From the IMG/VR virus record IMGVR_UViG_2526164690_000051: a DNA stretch of 20,594 nucleotides, one strand, 5' to 3'. Positions within the stretch are counted from its first letter, which is position 1. Each line of letters starts with the position of its first letter. A program made the translations under genes and the position numbers. Shown in pieces: positions 8,791 through 18,819 of the stretch. This DNA is from a virus. Its lineage: Duplodnaviria > Heunggongvirae > Uroviricota > Caudoviricetes. Under the pieces are notes generated by a model. That model searched no databases and was not told the origin of the DNA. It saw only the letters and a program-made list of their open reading frames with translations.

Positions 8791-9222
8791 TTAATCGTGC
8801 TCACCAGACAACCTCCTGAAATTACTCTGGTAAAATGCCAGTACACGCTGCATAACTTCGCTTTTCCGGCACTCGCGACAGATTATATTCAGGCGCCTGT
8901 CGTAGCGGCGTATTTCTCCGTCTGGTAATGACCAGATAAGGTCAGGATCAACCACAACCGTTTTTTTCACCTTTGCCCTGGATAGTTTTTTGCGGGCGTT
9001 TTGCCAGTCCTTACGGGCCTGCTCAGACAGGAATAATCCGTAGCCTGAATTGTAAACATCACCACTGGCGACCAGTTCTCTGGCGAGAGTGCTTATGTAA
9101 TACCTTGATGCACCGGTTTTAGCCTCCAGAGCCCGTAACGTCTCGCGACCGCTCAGACGTACAAGTTCAACAACCTGCCCTTTAATTTTTTCCCGCTCTT
9201 CTGGTGTAAATACTTTTGCCAT
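8791..9222 (-). CDS. hypothetical phage protein (HTH-like segment, C-terminal CxxC)
   Basis: ORF 8791..9237; start likely Met of MAKVFTPEE at 9222, six nt after GGAGG. Confidence 0.45.
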   Translation of the reverse strand: MAKVFTPEEREKIKGQVVELVRLSGRETLRALEAKTGASRYYISTLARELVASGDVYNSGYGLFLSEQARKDWQNARKKLSRAKVKKTVVVDPDLIWSLPDGEIRRYDRRLNIICRECRKSEVMQRVLAFYQSNFRRLSGEHD

Positions 9223-9237
9223 AGGTGCCTCCGGCAA

Positions 9238-10008
9238 TCACTTTTCCGACACAATACGACTGGAGGAATCGAAAATCTGTCGAACAATATCCCGGTGCTT
9301 GTTCAACTCCCGCAGCGCGGCGCAGACTCGCTCCCACTTCTGGACATGACTTTTCGCCCGACGCAGTTCACGGTTTGCCATATGCAGCGATGGTAAAATC
9401 AGGCCATTCGCTCGCGTTTCAGTGAACGATGGCAGTGACTGCACAAGGTCCGCCACAGTTTCTGTTTTAATTTCTTCCTGTGTTGCCGCGTCCTGTACTG
9501 GTAACGCAAAACCGGCTGGCTGAGGAAAGCCTTTACCAGGTGTTTTCGCTACCGATACAACTTTCGGCTCTGCTGGTAAATTACCGTCCGGCAGGCAGTA
9601 ACGAAATTTACCGTTCTGATTAACGCGTGCCAGCCGCCCCGTTGCGGTTACTACCGCCAGCGTGGAAGCAACCTTGCGAGTGCTGACACCGAACTTACTC
9701 GCCAGTTCCTCACACGTTTTAGCCCCCTCCTGACCGATAAACTCAATCATCATGTCAGCGGTAACTTTTTGTTCGCCCCCCCCGGTTAGCACATCCGGTA
9801 CTTCAGATTGTGCTGGCTGCTCTTCGGTTACCCCGGATTCACCTTCGCCAGCCAGAAACCAGGTGTGACCAGTTTTATCAACGACGCCATTTCTTTTCAG
9901 TTCCCACAGCTCGTTCAGTATCTCTTCACGACTGATATCAAGTCGCGCAGCAAGTTCTATGGATGTGGCTTTTCCCATTGCTTTCAGTGCGTCAAAAACA
10001 GTCTCCAT
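9238..10008 (-). CDS. hypothetical phage protein with two winged-helix-like segments
   Basis: ORF 9238..10059; start likely Met of [13 protein letters not shown] at 10008 after GGGAG. Two HTH-like stretches separated by an acidic linker. Follows the DnaC-like gene. Confidence 0.45.
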   Translation of the reverse strand: METVFDALKAMGKATSIELAARLDISREEILNELWELKRNGVVDKTGHTWFLAGEGESGVTEEQPAQSEVPDVLTGGGEQKVTADMMIEFIGQEGAKTCEELASKFGVSTRKVASTLAVVTATGRLARVNQNGKFRYCLPDGNLPAEPKVVSVAKTPGKGFPQPAGFALPVQDAATQEEIKTETVADLVQSLPSFTETRANGLILPSLHMANRELRRAKSHVQKWERVCAALRELNKHRDIVRQIFDSSSRIVSEK

Positions 10009-10030
10009 TAAATTTTTCTCCCGGTAAAAA

Positions 10031-10777
10031 TTACTTCGCAATTCCTGGCTGGACGACATTCGGACGCCAGCTCTCCCAGTTAAAATTCACCCATCGCCCG
10101 CCGTTCATGGTCATGCGATCCATAATCCGCTCGCCGAGCAATGTTTTCATGGCCTCATAGTTCAGGTTTGTCAGCATTCCCACGCTACGCATCGACGCTG
10201 TCCGTCGATCAATAATCTGGTGCAGTACCACCTGCTCGTTTTTCGTCTCGCGCTGAATGCCAATTTCATCAAGAACCAGCAGATCCACTTCGCACAGTTC
10301 CCGCAAAAATTTTTCGCCTGACTGCCCATCGTCATAGCTGGCGTGGAGGGCACTCATAACATCAGCCACGGTAACCACAATCACTGTCTGACCGTCTTTC
10401 AGCAGGCGATTCCCGATAGCTGCTGCTAAGTGGTTCTTCCCGGTACCAGGTTTTCCGCTAAACGCGAAATTTGTGCATCCGGTCATCAGTTCATCAGCGA
10501 TAGATTTCGCCTGGCTCAACGCGTATCGCTGACCGTCGTTCTGCACCTGGTAATTCGCAAACGAGCATTTACGGTGCAACGGCTGGATGCCTGAGCGATT
10601 CAGAATTTTTTCCACCCGCAACTGGCGATTCAGGCGGTTGATCTCCTCGCTACGTTTCTGGCCTTCAGCAAGTTGCCACTCGTGCCACTCCGCTACCGTT
10701 CTGAATGGGGCGGTTACATGTGGCGGAGCCAGTCTTCGGATACGTTCAAGAACGCCGCCTGCCGCAATATTTTTCAT
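10031..10777 (-). CDS. DnaC-like replicative helicase loader (YdaV-like)
   Basis: 248 aa. Walker [16 protein letters not shown] and Walker B LLVLDEIG in the DnaC/IstB arrangement. AGGGGG RBS. Confidence 0.8.
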   Translation of the reverse strand: MKNIAAGGVLERIRRLAPPHVTAPFRTVAEWHEWQLAEGQKRSEEINRLNRQLRVEKILNRSGIQPLHRKCSFANYQVQNDGQRYALSQAKSIADELMTGCTNFAFSGKPGTGKNHLAAAIGNRLLKDGQTVIVVTVADVMSALHASYDDGQSGEKFLRELCEVDLLVLDEIGIQRETKNEQVVLHQIIDRRTASMRSVGMLTNLNYEAMKTLLGERIMDRMTMNGGRWVNFNWESWRPNVVQPGIAK

Positions 10778-10783
10778 GGTCAG

Positions 10784-11572
10784 TTACCCCCTGAAGCCTG
10801 GCGGGATCGCACTATCCGGTAACGAGACGGTGTTAACCTGTCGGAGCAACGTCTCAGGCCGAACACCTTTCGGCGCGAACAGGCCCTGGTATTCATTGGC
10901 GATACTGTGTCGAATCACCTGCTCAGGTGTAAAACCCTGCTGGCGGAATTTTTCCAGCTCCCGTATCGCCCCGTTAGCGCCCTGCTCCGTTCGAATCGGT
11001 TTTCGCAATGCCTGCCTGAACCGGACCCACTCATGCCAGAGTGTTTCCGGCAACCAATCGGGCAGCTCAATAGCCTCCGGCACAAATTTTTTAGACGCTC
11101 GTTTTTGGCGAGGGGGATTTAGGGGGAGATCAGTATTTATATCTTCCTCTTTCTCTTCCTCTGGTAACGCTTTTTGATCCATTTGTGTAACGCTGCCAGC
11201 GTTACCTTTTCGTTTCAGTTCGCGTATTTTTGTAACTCGCTCGTTTGTAACCGCCCGTTTTTTAGAGCTTTTCCCGTTATGACGTTCAAAGTTAGGTAGA
11301 GAAAGCCCACCGTCATTTTCGACCAGCCATCCAACCTGAATTAACGCATCAGCAAAACCAGCCATAAAAGTGATGCGATCTATTGCACTTTTTGTAACGC
11401 CGCGAGCGTTACAATCTGCATTACCGTCTATCATTTGTTGATCCGCCCATGCCCAGAAGCGAATAACCTTCCCTAATGCGGCATCTGGATCAATATTCAG
11501 AATCTCAGCAAGCCTGAATATTTCCGGCTTATCCGGCGTAATAACCTCGAGCTTTATCCAGTTTGAAGCCAT
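10784..11572 (-). CDS. phage replication initiation protein (O-like/YdaU-like)
   Basis: 262 aa immediately upstream of the DnaC-like gene. Contains two of the three GTAACGC-N5-GCGTTAC palindromes listed below. Confidence 0.55.
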   Translation of the reverse strand: MASNWIKLEVITPDKPEIFRLAEILNIDPDAALGKVIRFWAWADQQMIDGNADCNARGVTKSAIDRITFMAGFADALIQVGWLVENDGGLSLPNFERHNGKSSKKRAVTNERVTKIRELKRKGNAGSVTQMDQKALPEEEKEEDINTDLPLNPPRQKRASKKFVPEAIELPDWLPETLWHEWVRFRQALRKPIRTEQGANGAIRELEKFRQQGFTPEQVIRHSIANEYQGLFAPKGVRPETLLRQVNTVSLPDSAIPPGFRG

Positions 11573-11604
11573 TTGTTTTCACCTTGTAACGCTCGCAGCG
11601 TTAC
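11187..11604. repeat. three 19-bp palindromes GTAACGC-N5-GCGTTAC (11187..11205, 11394..11412, 11586..11604)
   Basis: Read directly: GTAACGCTGCCAGCGTTAC, GTAACGCCGCGAGCGTTAC, GTAACGCTCGCAGCGTTAC, spaced about 200 bp apart. Additional GTAAC half-sites at 11163..11170 and 11231..11250. Confidence 0.7.
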
Positions 11605-11649
11605 ATTTAACTGATACCGAACAAAACAATCCGGCACGATTAATTTCAA

Positions 11650-12072
11650 TCAATGCACTACGACAGAATCGCCGGACGACCCACCACCGCTGAAATGTGC
11701 TTTCCGGTAAACGGCCTGGACTGCATCATCATGCGCATCAATTGCCGTACTCAACGCTTCCTGCGCCGCCAGTAATGCACGGCGTTCCAAGGTATCGAAG
11801 ATGCAGAGTCGGTGACGCAGCTCGCGCGGAAGAATTGCCAGAACCGCAGGGATCAGTTTCTGAATTTTTTCCCTTTGCGCTTTCGTTTCACCTTTCAACC
11901 AACGGTGATAGATATTCTGCTGATTGTTCCAGTCCTTGCCTGGTACAAGGGGCAATTCGCCGCCCCCCTGGCGCAGATATTCTTCAGTAATTGCGTTAGC
12001 GACCCACGCCTGCCCTTTTTCGGCTGCCAGGGCTAACAACACTGATTCGATGTGCTCATGCCTGATTTTCAT
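11650..12072 (-). CDS. YdaT-like protein
   Basis: 140 aa beginning MKIRHEHI and ending VVVH, resembling Rac YdaT as I recall it. Overlaps the cro-like stop by 4 nt. Confidence 0.55.
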   Translation of the reverse strand: MKIRHEHIESVLLALAAEKGQAWVANAITEEYLRQGGGELPLVPGKDWNNQQNIYHRWLKGETKAQREKIQKLIPAVLAILPRELRHRLCIFDTLERRALLAAQEALSTAIDAHDDAVQAVYRKAHFSGGGSSGDSVVVH

Positions 12073-12311
12073 GAATCAACCGCTCCTATGCTGTTTTCGC
12101 TATGCTTACCGTCTGGGGGGAATACATCGTCAAGTCCACAATGAGCGCCAAGCCGATTAAGGGTAGAAACAATTTTTCTGCACTCCTCTAGTCCAGGGGT
12201 ACGAAAATTTGCTTCGTAATTTGCCAGTCGGCTTTGTATCCACCCTAACTGAACAGCAAGTTGTCTTTGAGACAGCCCAAGCTGTTTTCGATATGTTGAA
12301 ATTTTGTTCAT
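12069..12311 (-). CDS. Cro/YdaS-like XRE-family HTH protein
   Basis: 80 aa with HTH (LGLSQRQLAVQLGWIQSRLANYE); GGAGG RBS; divergent from the repressor gene. Confidence 0.65.
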   Translation of the reverse strand: MNKISTYRKQLGLSQRQLAVQLGWIQSRLANYEANFRTPGLEECRKIVSTLNRLGAHCGLDDVFPPDGKHSENSIGAVDS

Positions 12312-12407
12312 TGAAAACCTCCGATGACAATTTTAAACACATCTTGTGTTATATGGTCAAGCTGTTTTGTGTTTTATGTAAATCACGATTCGTGATACAA
12401 GGATGCA
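12312..12407. promoter_or_regulatory. divergent promoter/operator region of the immunity switch
   Basis: 96-bp AT-rich intergenic region containing perfect palindromes ACACA-TCT-TGTGT (12337..12349) and TCACGA-T-TCGTGA (12383..12395). Confidence 0.55.
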
Positions 12408-12827
12408 ATGGAAAAAGAAAACGAAAAAATTGCCGCTAGTAGGCTCAATGACAAAATTGCAATGCGTCTTAAAGAGCGCAGGCAGAAGCTTGGTTTATCT
12501 CAAGGAAAACTTGCTGAAATCTGCGGATGGACGCAATCGCGTATAGGTAACTATGAGGCGGGCAGCAGAAATGTTGGAGTGCATGACGCTGTCGTATTGG
12601 GAAAGGCACTTGGCATATCTCCTCCTGAGCTCCTCTTTGGAGAACAGGAATCTTCTGAATTGTGGTTAAATGAATCCCAACGAAAACTTCTTGAGTTGTT
12701 TAACCAGCTACCGGGCTCAGAACAACAACGAATGATTGAGCTATTTGAAGTCCGGCTAAAAGAAATCGATGAGTATGTAGAAAAATATTTGAGAGGCAGG
12801 CTTAAAGATAATCCCCCACCGGAGTAA
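12408..12827 (+). CDS. prophage repressor, XRE-family HTH (RacR/CI-like)
   Basis: 139 aa with HTH (LGLSQGKLAEICGWTQSRIGNYE); AAGGA RBS; divergent from the cro-like gene; followed by a terminator. Confidence 0.7.
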   Translation: MEKENEKIAASRLNDKIAMRLKERRQKLGLSQGKLAEICGWTQSRIGNYEAGSRNVGVHDAVVLGKALGISPPELLFGEQESSELWLNESQRKLLELFNQLPGSEQQRMIELFEVRLKEIDEYVEKYLRGRLKDNPPPE

Positions 12828-12856
12828 TGATCTTGCTATCACAGTAATATGCCAAT

Positions 12857-12881
12857 CAGCCCGCTATCAGCGGGCTTTTTT
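12857..12881 (+). terminator. rho-independent terminator after the repressor gene
   Basis: GCCCGC-TATCA-GCGGGC followed by TTTTTTTG. Confidence 0.6.
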
Positions 12882-12924
12882 TGTACCATCATCATATGAC
12901 ACCCACCATAAAACACATTTCGTG

Positions 12925-12953
12925 TTGACGCAAGAAAACGTATTGTGTTTAAT
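12925..12953 (+). promoter_or_regulatory. candidate pL-like early-left promoter
   Basis: TTGACG (12925..12930), 17-bp spacer, TTTAAT (12948..12953). Pattern match only. Confidence 0.3.
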
Positions 12954-13133
12954 AAGCATATCCAAACAACGCCCCACCAGAGAACGGCAGGACAATACCT
13001 CGAGTTATCCAGCCACTGAACAGGGCTAAGTAGCCAGCCTGAGGCATACGAACATGACGGCAGTTGTTGATTGATACAAAGCGCAGTAGATAAAACGTTC
13101 CGCCACCCGGCGTTAAGGGGAAATGAGGTCAAC

Positions 13134-13286
13134 ATGGATACTATCGATCTTGGCAACAACGAATCTCTGGTATGTGGCGTGTTTCCCAATCAGGACGGCA
13201 CATTCACCGCCATGACGTATACCAAAAGCAAATCGTTTAAAACCGAAGCTGGCGCACGTCGCTGGCTTGCCAAAAATACCAGCTAA
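13134..13286 (+). CDS. small hypothetical early protein
   Basis: ORF 13071..13286; Met of MDTIDLGNNE at 13134 follows GAGGT. First ORF of the leftward operon. Confidence 0.35.
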   Translation: MDTIDLGNNESLVCGVFPNQDGTFTAMTYTKSKSFKTEAGARRWLAKNTS

Positions 13287-13706
13287 ACCATTTATTGGAT
13301 TAATTCAATATTCTTGCTGTAGGGGTATAGCCGAGGCCACCAAAGCCCGGAGGTGGTGAAATAAAACCGGGCACAACACGAAGGCGCATTTCCGGTATCC
13401 ATAAAGAGTCGGTCTTGTCTGTTAAATTTAAATGGTGGGAGTGCGCCTCCGGTTGTGAATAACAACACTGCTGTGTGTAGTCTTGGCGGCATCAGTTTTT
13501 TCTTGAAGTTCGACTGATGTCCGCCCTTTTTAAAGTGAATTTTGTGATGCGGTGAATGCGGCTAAGCGCACGCGGCACAGTTAAAAGTCATGTTAGTCCT
13601 TATTGGTTTGGGTGGGAAAGCCGACTGTAATTGTTAACTGGTTGCAGTCACCTGGAGGCACCAGGCACCGCATCAACAAAGTTCATTTGTAAAAATGGAG
13701 ATAATT

Positions 13707-13928
13707 ATGATTGCACATCACTTCGGAACTGATGAAATACCACGTCAGTGTGTGACTCCTGGTGATTATGTTCTTCATGAAGGCCGGACATATATCGCCT
13801 CGGCAAACAATATTAAAAAGCGAAAACTTTATATTCGTAACCTGACTACAAAAACATGCATTTCTGACTGCATGATTAAAGTCTTCCTCGGTCGTGATGG
13901 TTTACCTGTAAAGGCGGAGTCATGGTGA
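13707..13928 (+). CDS. kilR: KilR-like cell-division inhibitor
   Basis: [46 protein letters not shown]... matches my recollection of Rac KilR (73 aa). Confidence 0.75.
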   Translation: MIAHHFGTDEIPRQCVTPGDYVLHEGRTYIASANNIKKRKLYIRNLTTKTCISDCMIKVFLGRDGLPVKAESW

Positions 13929-14098
13929 TGACTAAGAAAATAAAATGTGCTTACCACCTTTGCAATAAAGGAATTGAAGAAAGCAAAAGCATTAAAAGAC
14001 CACTTCATTTCATGCGTGGAGTTATCCCAACGACGGAAATGAAAAAATATTGTAGTGAAAATTGTGCCGAAAAAGACCAGATGGCACACGAACTTTAA
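13928..14098 (+). CDS. YdaE-like small zinc-ribbon protein (56 aa; not in the ORF track)
   Basis: Translated by hand: [56 protein letters not shown]. Start overlaps the kilR stop. Confidence 0.5.
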   Translation: MTKKIKCAYHLCNKGIEESKSIKRPLHFMRGVIPTTEMKKYCSENCAEKDQMAHEL

Positions 14099-14171
14099 TT
14101 AACTGACTATGCGAAACTGAATTTATGCCAGCAATGGCAGGGATTCGCTCAACCTTAATTAAGGAGAAAAA

Positions 14172-14447
14172 ATGATTACCAATTATGAAGTCACTGTTGT
14201 AACTACCGATGACATTGTTCACGAGGTTAATCTGGAAGGAAAGCGTATTGGCTACGTGATTAAAACAGAAAATAAAGAAACCCCATTCACTGTGGTTGAT
14301 ATTGACGGTCCATCAGGCAACGTAAAAACACTTGATGAAGGTGTCACAAAAATGAGTCTGGTTCACATCGGAAAGAATCTGCCCGCAGAAAAAAAAGCCG
14401 GATTTCTGGCAACTCTGATTGCAATGAAATTAAAAGGTGAAATCTGA
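14172..14447 (+). CDS. racC: RacC-like protein
   Basis: 91 aa immediately upstream of recE, as in Rac; GGAG RBS. Confidence 0.6.
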   Translation: MITNYEVTVVTTDDIVHEVNLEGKRIGYVIKTENKETPFTVVDIDGPSGNVKTLDEGVTKMSLVHIGKNLPAEKKAGFLATLIAMKLKGEI

Positions 14448-14545
14448 AAAAAGAAAGCCTGCACAACGTGCAGGCCTGAGTGAAGAACCTGGGACATTTA
14501 TTCATCACTCGCAGTAATTTTAATCTGAGTTGAGGTTAAAAAACA

Positions 14546-17197
14546 ATGAGCACAAAACCACTCTTCCTTTTACGGAAAGCGAAAAAATCATCCGGTGAAC
14601 CTGACGTCGTCCTGTGGGCAAGCGACGATTTTGAATCAACCTGTGCCACTCTGGACTACCTGATCGTTAAGTCAGGTAAAAAACTGAGCAACTATTTTAA
14701 AGCTGTTGCCACAAATTTTCCTGTCGTTAATGACCTTCCCCCTGAAGGTGAGATCGATTTTACCTGGAGTGAACGCTATCAACTCAGCAAAGACTCCATG
14801 ACCTGGGAACTAAAACCGGGAGCAGCGCCAGACGACGTTCACCATCAGGAGGATGCACCGGAAACCGAAGAACCGACGGGAGGCCAGGAAGAAAACGCGC
14901 AGGCAGACGCCCACGAGGATTGCCAGGATTGCGAAGTCTCTGTAGCCACTTTGCGGTTCACACAGCGTCTTCTGCACATTTTTACGTATGCAGCCGGGGA
15001 TCGAAAATACCTGCATCATGCCACCCGTGAACAACGCAAACACATTACTGCTCTTGAGATGGATCAGGAAAACAGCTATGTCCAGAATCTGCTGTTGGCC
15101 ATACGCAGCATGGCAGAACCGACAACTCTGGATAATGCCGCCCTGCTCCGCCTGACTGATGCAATTAAGGCAGTGTTCTCTATCACGAAAAAACATCAGC
15201 CCTATGAATTTAAGAATTTCATTTCAGCCTGGCTGGATACCGAACACATTGATCGCGGTCTTCTGACAAAAGAATGGCGAAAAGGGAATCGTGTTTCACG
15301 CATCACTCGCACGGCTTCCGGTGCTAATGCTGGCGGCGGGAACCTCACCGATCGCGGCGAAGGTTTCGTCCACGATCTGACATCACTGGCGCGCGATGTA
15401 GCCACTGGCGTACTGGCCCGTTCAATGGACGTGGACATCTATAACCTTCATCCGGCACACGCTAAACGCATTGAGGAAATTATCGCTGAAAATAAACCAC
15501 CCTTTTCTGTTTTCCGCGACAAATTCATCACCATGCCTGGCGGGCTGGATTATTCCCGCGCCATCGTGGTTGCGTCCGTGAAAGAAGCACCAATTGGGAT
15601 CGAGGTCATCCCCGCACACGTCACTGAATATCTGAACAAAGTACTGACTGAAACCGATCATGCCAACCCTGATCCGGAAATCGTGGATATTGCCTGCGGT
15701 CGCTCCTCGGCCCCGATGCCGCAACGAGTAACAGAAGAAGGAAAACAGGACGATGAAGAAAAACCACAACCATCTGGCGCAATGGCAGATGAACAGGCAA
15801 CGGCTGAAACAGTGGAACCGAATGCAACTGAACATCATCAGAACACGCAGCCGCTGGATGCTCAGTCACAGGTAAATTCTGTTGATGCGAAATATCAGGA
15901 ACTGCGGGCAGAACTCCATGAAGCCCGGAAAAACATTCCATCAAAAAATCCTGTCGATGCCGATAAATTGCTTGCTGCATCACGTGGTGAATTTGTTGAC
16001 GGAATTAGCGACCCGAACGATCCGAAATGGGTTAAGGGGATCCAGACTCGCGATTCTGTGTACCAGAACCAGCCAGAAACGGAAAAAATCAGCCCGGATG
16101 CGAAACAACCTGAGCCAGTAGTGCAACAGGAACCGGAAATAGTCTGCAATGCCTGCGGTCAGACTGGCGGGGATAACTGCCCTGACTGTGGTGCGGTGAT
16201 GGGCGACGCAACATACCAGGAAACATTCGGTGAAGAGAATCAGGTTGAAGCTAAGGAAAAAGATCCGGAGGAAATGGAAGGCGCTGAACATCCGCACAAT
16301 GAGAATGCTGGCAGCGATCCGCATCGCGATTGCAGTGATGAAACTGGCGAAGTCGCAGATCCCGTAATCGTAGAAGACATAGAGCCAGGTATTTATTACG
16401 GAATTTCGAATGAGAATTACCACGCGGGTCCCGGCGTCAGTAAGTCTCAGCTCGATGACATTGCTGATACTCCGGCACTGTATTTGTGGCGTAAAAATGC
16501 CCCCGTGGACACTACAAAGACAAAAACGCTCGATTTAGGAACCGCTTTCCACTGCCGGGTACTTGAACCGGAAGAATTCAGTAACCGCTTTATCGTAGCA
16601 CCTGAATTTAACCGCCGTACAAACGCCGGAAAAGAAGAAGAGAAAGCGTTTCTGATGGAATGCGCAAGCACAGGAAAAACGGTTATCACTGCGGAAGAAG
16701 GCCGGAAAATTGAACTCATGTATCAAAGCGTTATGGCTTTGCCGCTGGGGCAATGGCTTGTTGAAAGCGCCGGACACGCTGAATCATCAATTTACTGGGA
16801 AGATCCGGAAACAGGAATTTTGTGTCGGTGCCGTCCGGACAAAATTATTCCTGAATTTCACTGGATCATGGACGTGAAAACCACAGCGGATATTCAACGA
16901 TTCAAAACGGCTTATTACGACTACCGCTATCACGTTCAGGATGCATTCTACAGTGACGGTTATGAAGCACAGTTTGGCGTGCTGCCAACTTTCGTTTTTC
17001 TGGTTGCCAGCACAACTGTTGAATGCGGACGTTACCCGGTTGAGATTTTCATGATGGGCGAAGAAGCAAAACTGGCAGGCCAGCAGGAATATCACCGCAA
17101 TCTGAGGACCCTGGCTGACTGCCTGAATACCGATGAATGGCCAGCTATTAAAACGTTATCACTGCCCCGCTGGGCTAAGGAGTATGCAAATGACTAA
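14546..17197 (+). CDS. recE: exodeoxyribonuclease VIII (RecE), full length
   Basis: 883 aa. N-terminus [26 protein letters not shown]... and long collinear stretches match Rac RecE as I recall it. 4-nt overlap with recT. Confidence 0.9.
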   Translation: MSTKPLFLLRKAKKSSGEPDVVLWASDDFESTCATLDYLIVKSGKKLSNYFKAVATNFPVVNDLPPEGEIDFTWSERYQLSKDSMTWELKPGAAPDDVHHQEDAPETEEPTGGQEENAQADAHEDCQDCEVSVATLRFTQRLLHIFTYAAGDRKYLHHATREQRKHITALEMDQENSYVQNLLLAIRSMAEPTTLDNAALLRLTDAIKAVFSITKKHQPYEFKNFISAWLDTEHIDRGLLTKEWRKGNRVSRITRTASGANAGGGNLTDRGEGFVHDLTSLARDVATGVLARSMDVDIYNLHPAHAKRIEEIIAENKPPFSVFRDKFITMPGGLDYSRAIVVASVKEAPIGIEVIPAHVTEYLNKVLTETDHANPDPEIVDIACGRSSAPMPQRVTEEGKQDDEEKPQPSGAMADEQATAETVEPNATEHHQNTQPLDAQSQVNSVDAKYQELRAELHEARKNIPSKNPVDADKLLAASRGEFVDGISDPNDPKWVKGIQTRDSVYQNQPETEKISPDAKQPEPVVQQEPEIVCNACGQTGGDNCPDCGAVMGDATYQETFGEENQVEAKEKDPEEMEGAEHPHNENAGSDPHRDCSDETGEVADPVIVEDIEPGIYYGISNENYHAGPGVSKSQLDDIADTPALYLWRKNAPVDTTKTKTLDLGTAFHCRVLEPEEFSNRFIVAPEFNRRTNAGKEEEKAFLMECASTGKTVITAEEGRKIELMYQSVMALPLGQWLVESAGHAESSIYWEDPETGILCRCRPDKIIPEFHWIMDVKTTADIQRFKTAYYDYRYHVQDAFYSDGYEAQFGVLPTFVFLVASTTVECGRYPVEIFMMGEEAKLAGQQEYHRNLRTLADCLNTDEWPAIKTLSLPRWAKEYAND

Positions 17198-17999
17198 GCA
17201 ACCACCTATCGCAAAAGCCGATCTGCAAAAAACCCAGGGAAACCGTGCACCAGCAGCAGTAAAAAATAACGACGTGATCAGCTTTATTAATCAGCCATCA
17301 ATGAAAGAGCAACTGGCAGCAGCTCTCCCACGCCATATGACGGCTGAACGAATGATACGTATCGCCACCACAGAAATTCGTAAGGTTCCGGCGCTAGGAA
17401 ACTGTGACACCATGAGTTTTGTCAGTGCGATCGTTCAGTGTTCACAGCTCGGCCTTGAGCCAGGTAGCGCCCTCGGCCACGCATATTTACTGCCTTTTGG
17501 TAATAAAAACGAAAAGAGCGGTAAAAAGAACGTTCAGCTAATCATTGGTTATCGCGGCATGATTGATCTGGCTCGCCGTTCTGGTCAAATCGCCAGCCTG
17601 TCAGCCCGTGTTGTCCGTGAAGGTGACGAGTTTAGTTTTGAATTTGGCCTTGATGAAAAGTTAATACACCGCCCGGGAGAAAACGAAGATGCACCAGTGA
17701 CCCACGTCTATGCTGTCGCAAGACTGAAAGACGGAGGGACTCAGTTTGAAGTTATGACGCGCAAACAGATTGAACTGGTGCGCAGCCAGAGTAAGGCTGG
17801 TAATAACGGGCCATGGGTAACTCACTGGGAAGAAATGGCAAAAAAAACGGCTATTCGTCGCCTGTTTAAATACCTGCCTGTCTCAATTGAAATCCAGCGT
17901 GCAGTATCAATGGATGAAAAGGAACCACTGACAATCGATCCGGCAGACTCCTCTGTATTAACCGGGGAATACAGTGTAATCGATAATTCAGAAGAATAA
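17190..17999 (+). CDS. recT: RecT single-strand annealing recombinase
   Basis: Internal start gives [29 protein letters not shown]..., matching Rac RecT as I recall it. Confidence 0.9.
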   Translation: MTKQPPIAKADLQKTQGNRAPAAVKNNDVISFINQPSMKEQLAAALPRHMTAERMIRIATTEIRKVPALGNCDTMSFVSAIVQCSQLGLEPGSALGHAYLLPFGNKNEKSGKKNVQLIIGYRGMIDLARRSGQIASLSARVVREGDEFSFEFGLDEKLIHRPGENEDAPVTHVYAVARLKDGGTQFEVMTRKQIELVRSQSKAGNNGPWVTHWEEMAKKTAIRRLFKYLPVSIEIQRAVSMDEKEPLTIDPADSSVLTGEYSVIDNSEE

Positions 18000-18043
18000 T
18001 TCAGCCTGGCGGTGTAATGCACCGCCAACGTGAGACAGTTTTT

Positions 18044-18250
18044 ATGACAAAAATTATGAGATATGACGATGTTAAACCATGTCCGTTTTGTGGTTGTCCA
18101 TCTGTTACAGTGAAAGCAATTTCAGGATATTACCGGGCAAAATGCAACGGATGCGAATCCCGAACTGGCTATGGTGGAAGTGAAAAAGAAGCACTCGAAA
18201 GATGGAATAAACGAACTACTGGAAATAATAATGGAGGTGTTCATGTATAA
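18044..18250 (+). CDS. ralR: restriction alleviation protein Lar/RalR
   Basis: MTKIMRYDDVKPCPFCGCPSVTVKAISGYYRAKCNGCESRTGYGGSEKEALERWNKR...; Cys4 zinc-ribbon; matches Rac Lar. Confidence 0.75.
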   Translation: MTKIMRYDDVKPCPFCGCPSVTVKAISGYYRAKCNGCESRTGYGGSEKEALERWNKRTTGNNNGGVHV

Positions 18251-18431
18251 AATAACTGCCACTATTGAAAAAGAAGGTGGCACTCCTACTAACTGGACAA
18301 GATATTCAAAATCTAAATTAACGAAATCAGAATGCGAAAAAATGCTCTCAGGGAAAAAAGAAGCAGGCGTGTCCAGAGAGCAGAAAGTAAAGCTGATAAA
18401 TTTTAATTGCGAGAAACTTCTGTCCTCGTGA
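18243..18431 (+). CDS. YdaC-like small protein
   Basis: MYKITATIEKEGGTPTNW...; GGAGG five nt upstream; overlaps the lar stop. Confidence 0.5.
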   Translation: MYKITATIEKEGGTPTNWTRYSKSKLTKSECEKMLSGKKEAGVSREQKVKLINFNCEKLLSS

Positions 18432-18537
18432 GTTGCATTATATACAAATTAGAACTTCATAGCTGATTATTAAAAATCAACCACACCCGCCAGTATTCTG
18501 TATATTTACTGGCGGTCATATCGTAAGAGGTATGGCA

Positions 18538-18819
18538 ATGAATCTTGTGACACTCAAAACGTGGGGAAAACTCAGATATCCGGATAACCCACCATCAATA
18601 TCAACGCTGAGACGATGGGCAAGGAATGGAAACATTTATCCTGCACCTGAACTACACGGGAGGAGTTACAGGGTGGTTCCGGAAGCTTTCTATATCAACC
18701 CAAATAAGGTTGATACCGATATAACACACCATCAGCCTAATGGGCGACAAGGGAGAGACAGTCCGTTACTGGAGAAGTTAAAACATGCAGCGGAAAAAAT
18801 ACGATCCCAATTTACCTAA
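18538..18819 (+). CDS. excisionase-like protein (Xis)
   Basis: ORF 18532..18819; second Met has better RBS spacing. ISTLRRWARNGNIYPAPELHGRSY resembles lambda Xis. Overlaps the int start as xis-int pairs typically do. Confidence 0.6.
   Translation: MNLVTLKTWGKLRYPDNPPSISTLRRWARNGNIYPAPELHGRSYRVVPEAFYINPNKVDTDITHHQPNGRQGRDSPLLEKLKHAAEKIRSQFT

Noticed and set aside
12839-13189. 116-aa - strand ORF downstream of the repressor gene
   Set aside because: It runs antisense through the repressor terminator and the candidate early-left promoter, has no RBS and an implausible sequence.
13292-14222. - strand ORFs 13292..13492, 13829..14089 and 14022..14222
   Set aside because: They are antisense to the kilR/ydaE/racC region or fall in a promoter-like intergenic region; the + strand genes explain the sequence.
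14810-16777. Multiple - strand ORFs (60-147 aa) inside recE
   Set aside because: They lie antisense within a well-supported 883-aa RecE frame, with no RBS and low-complexity translations; they are shadow ORFs.
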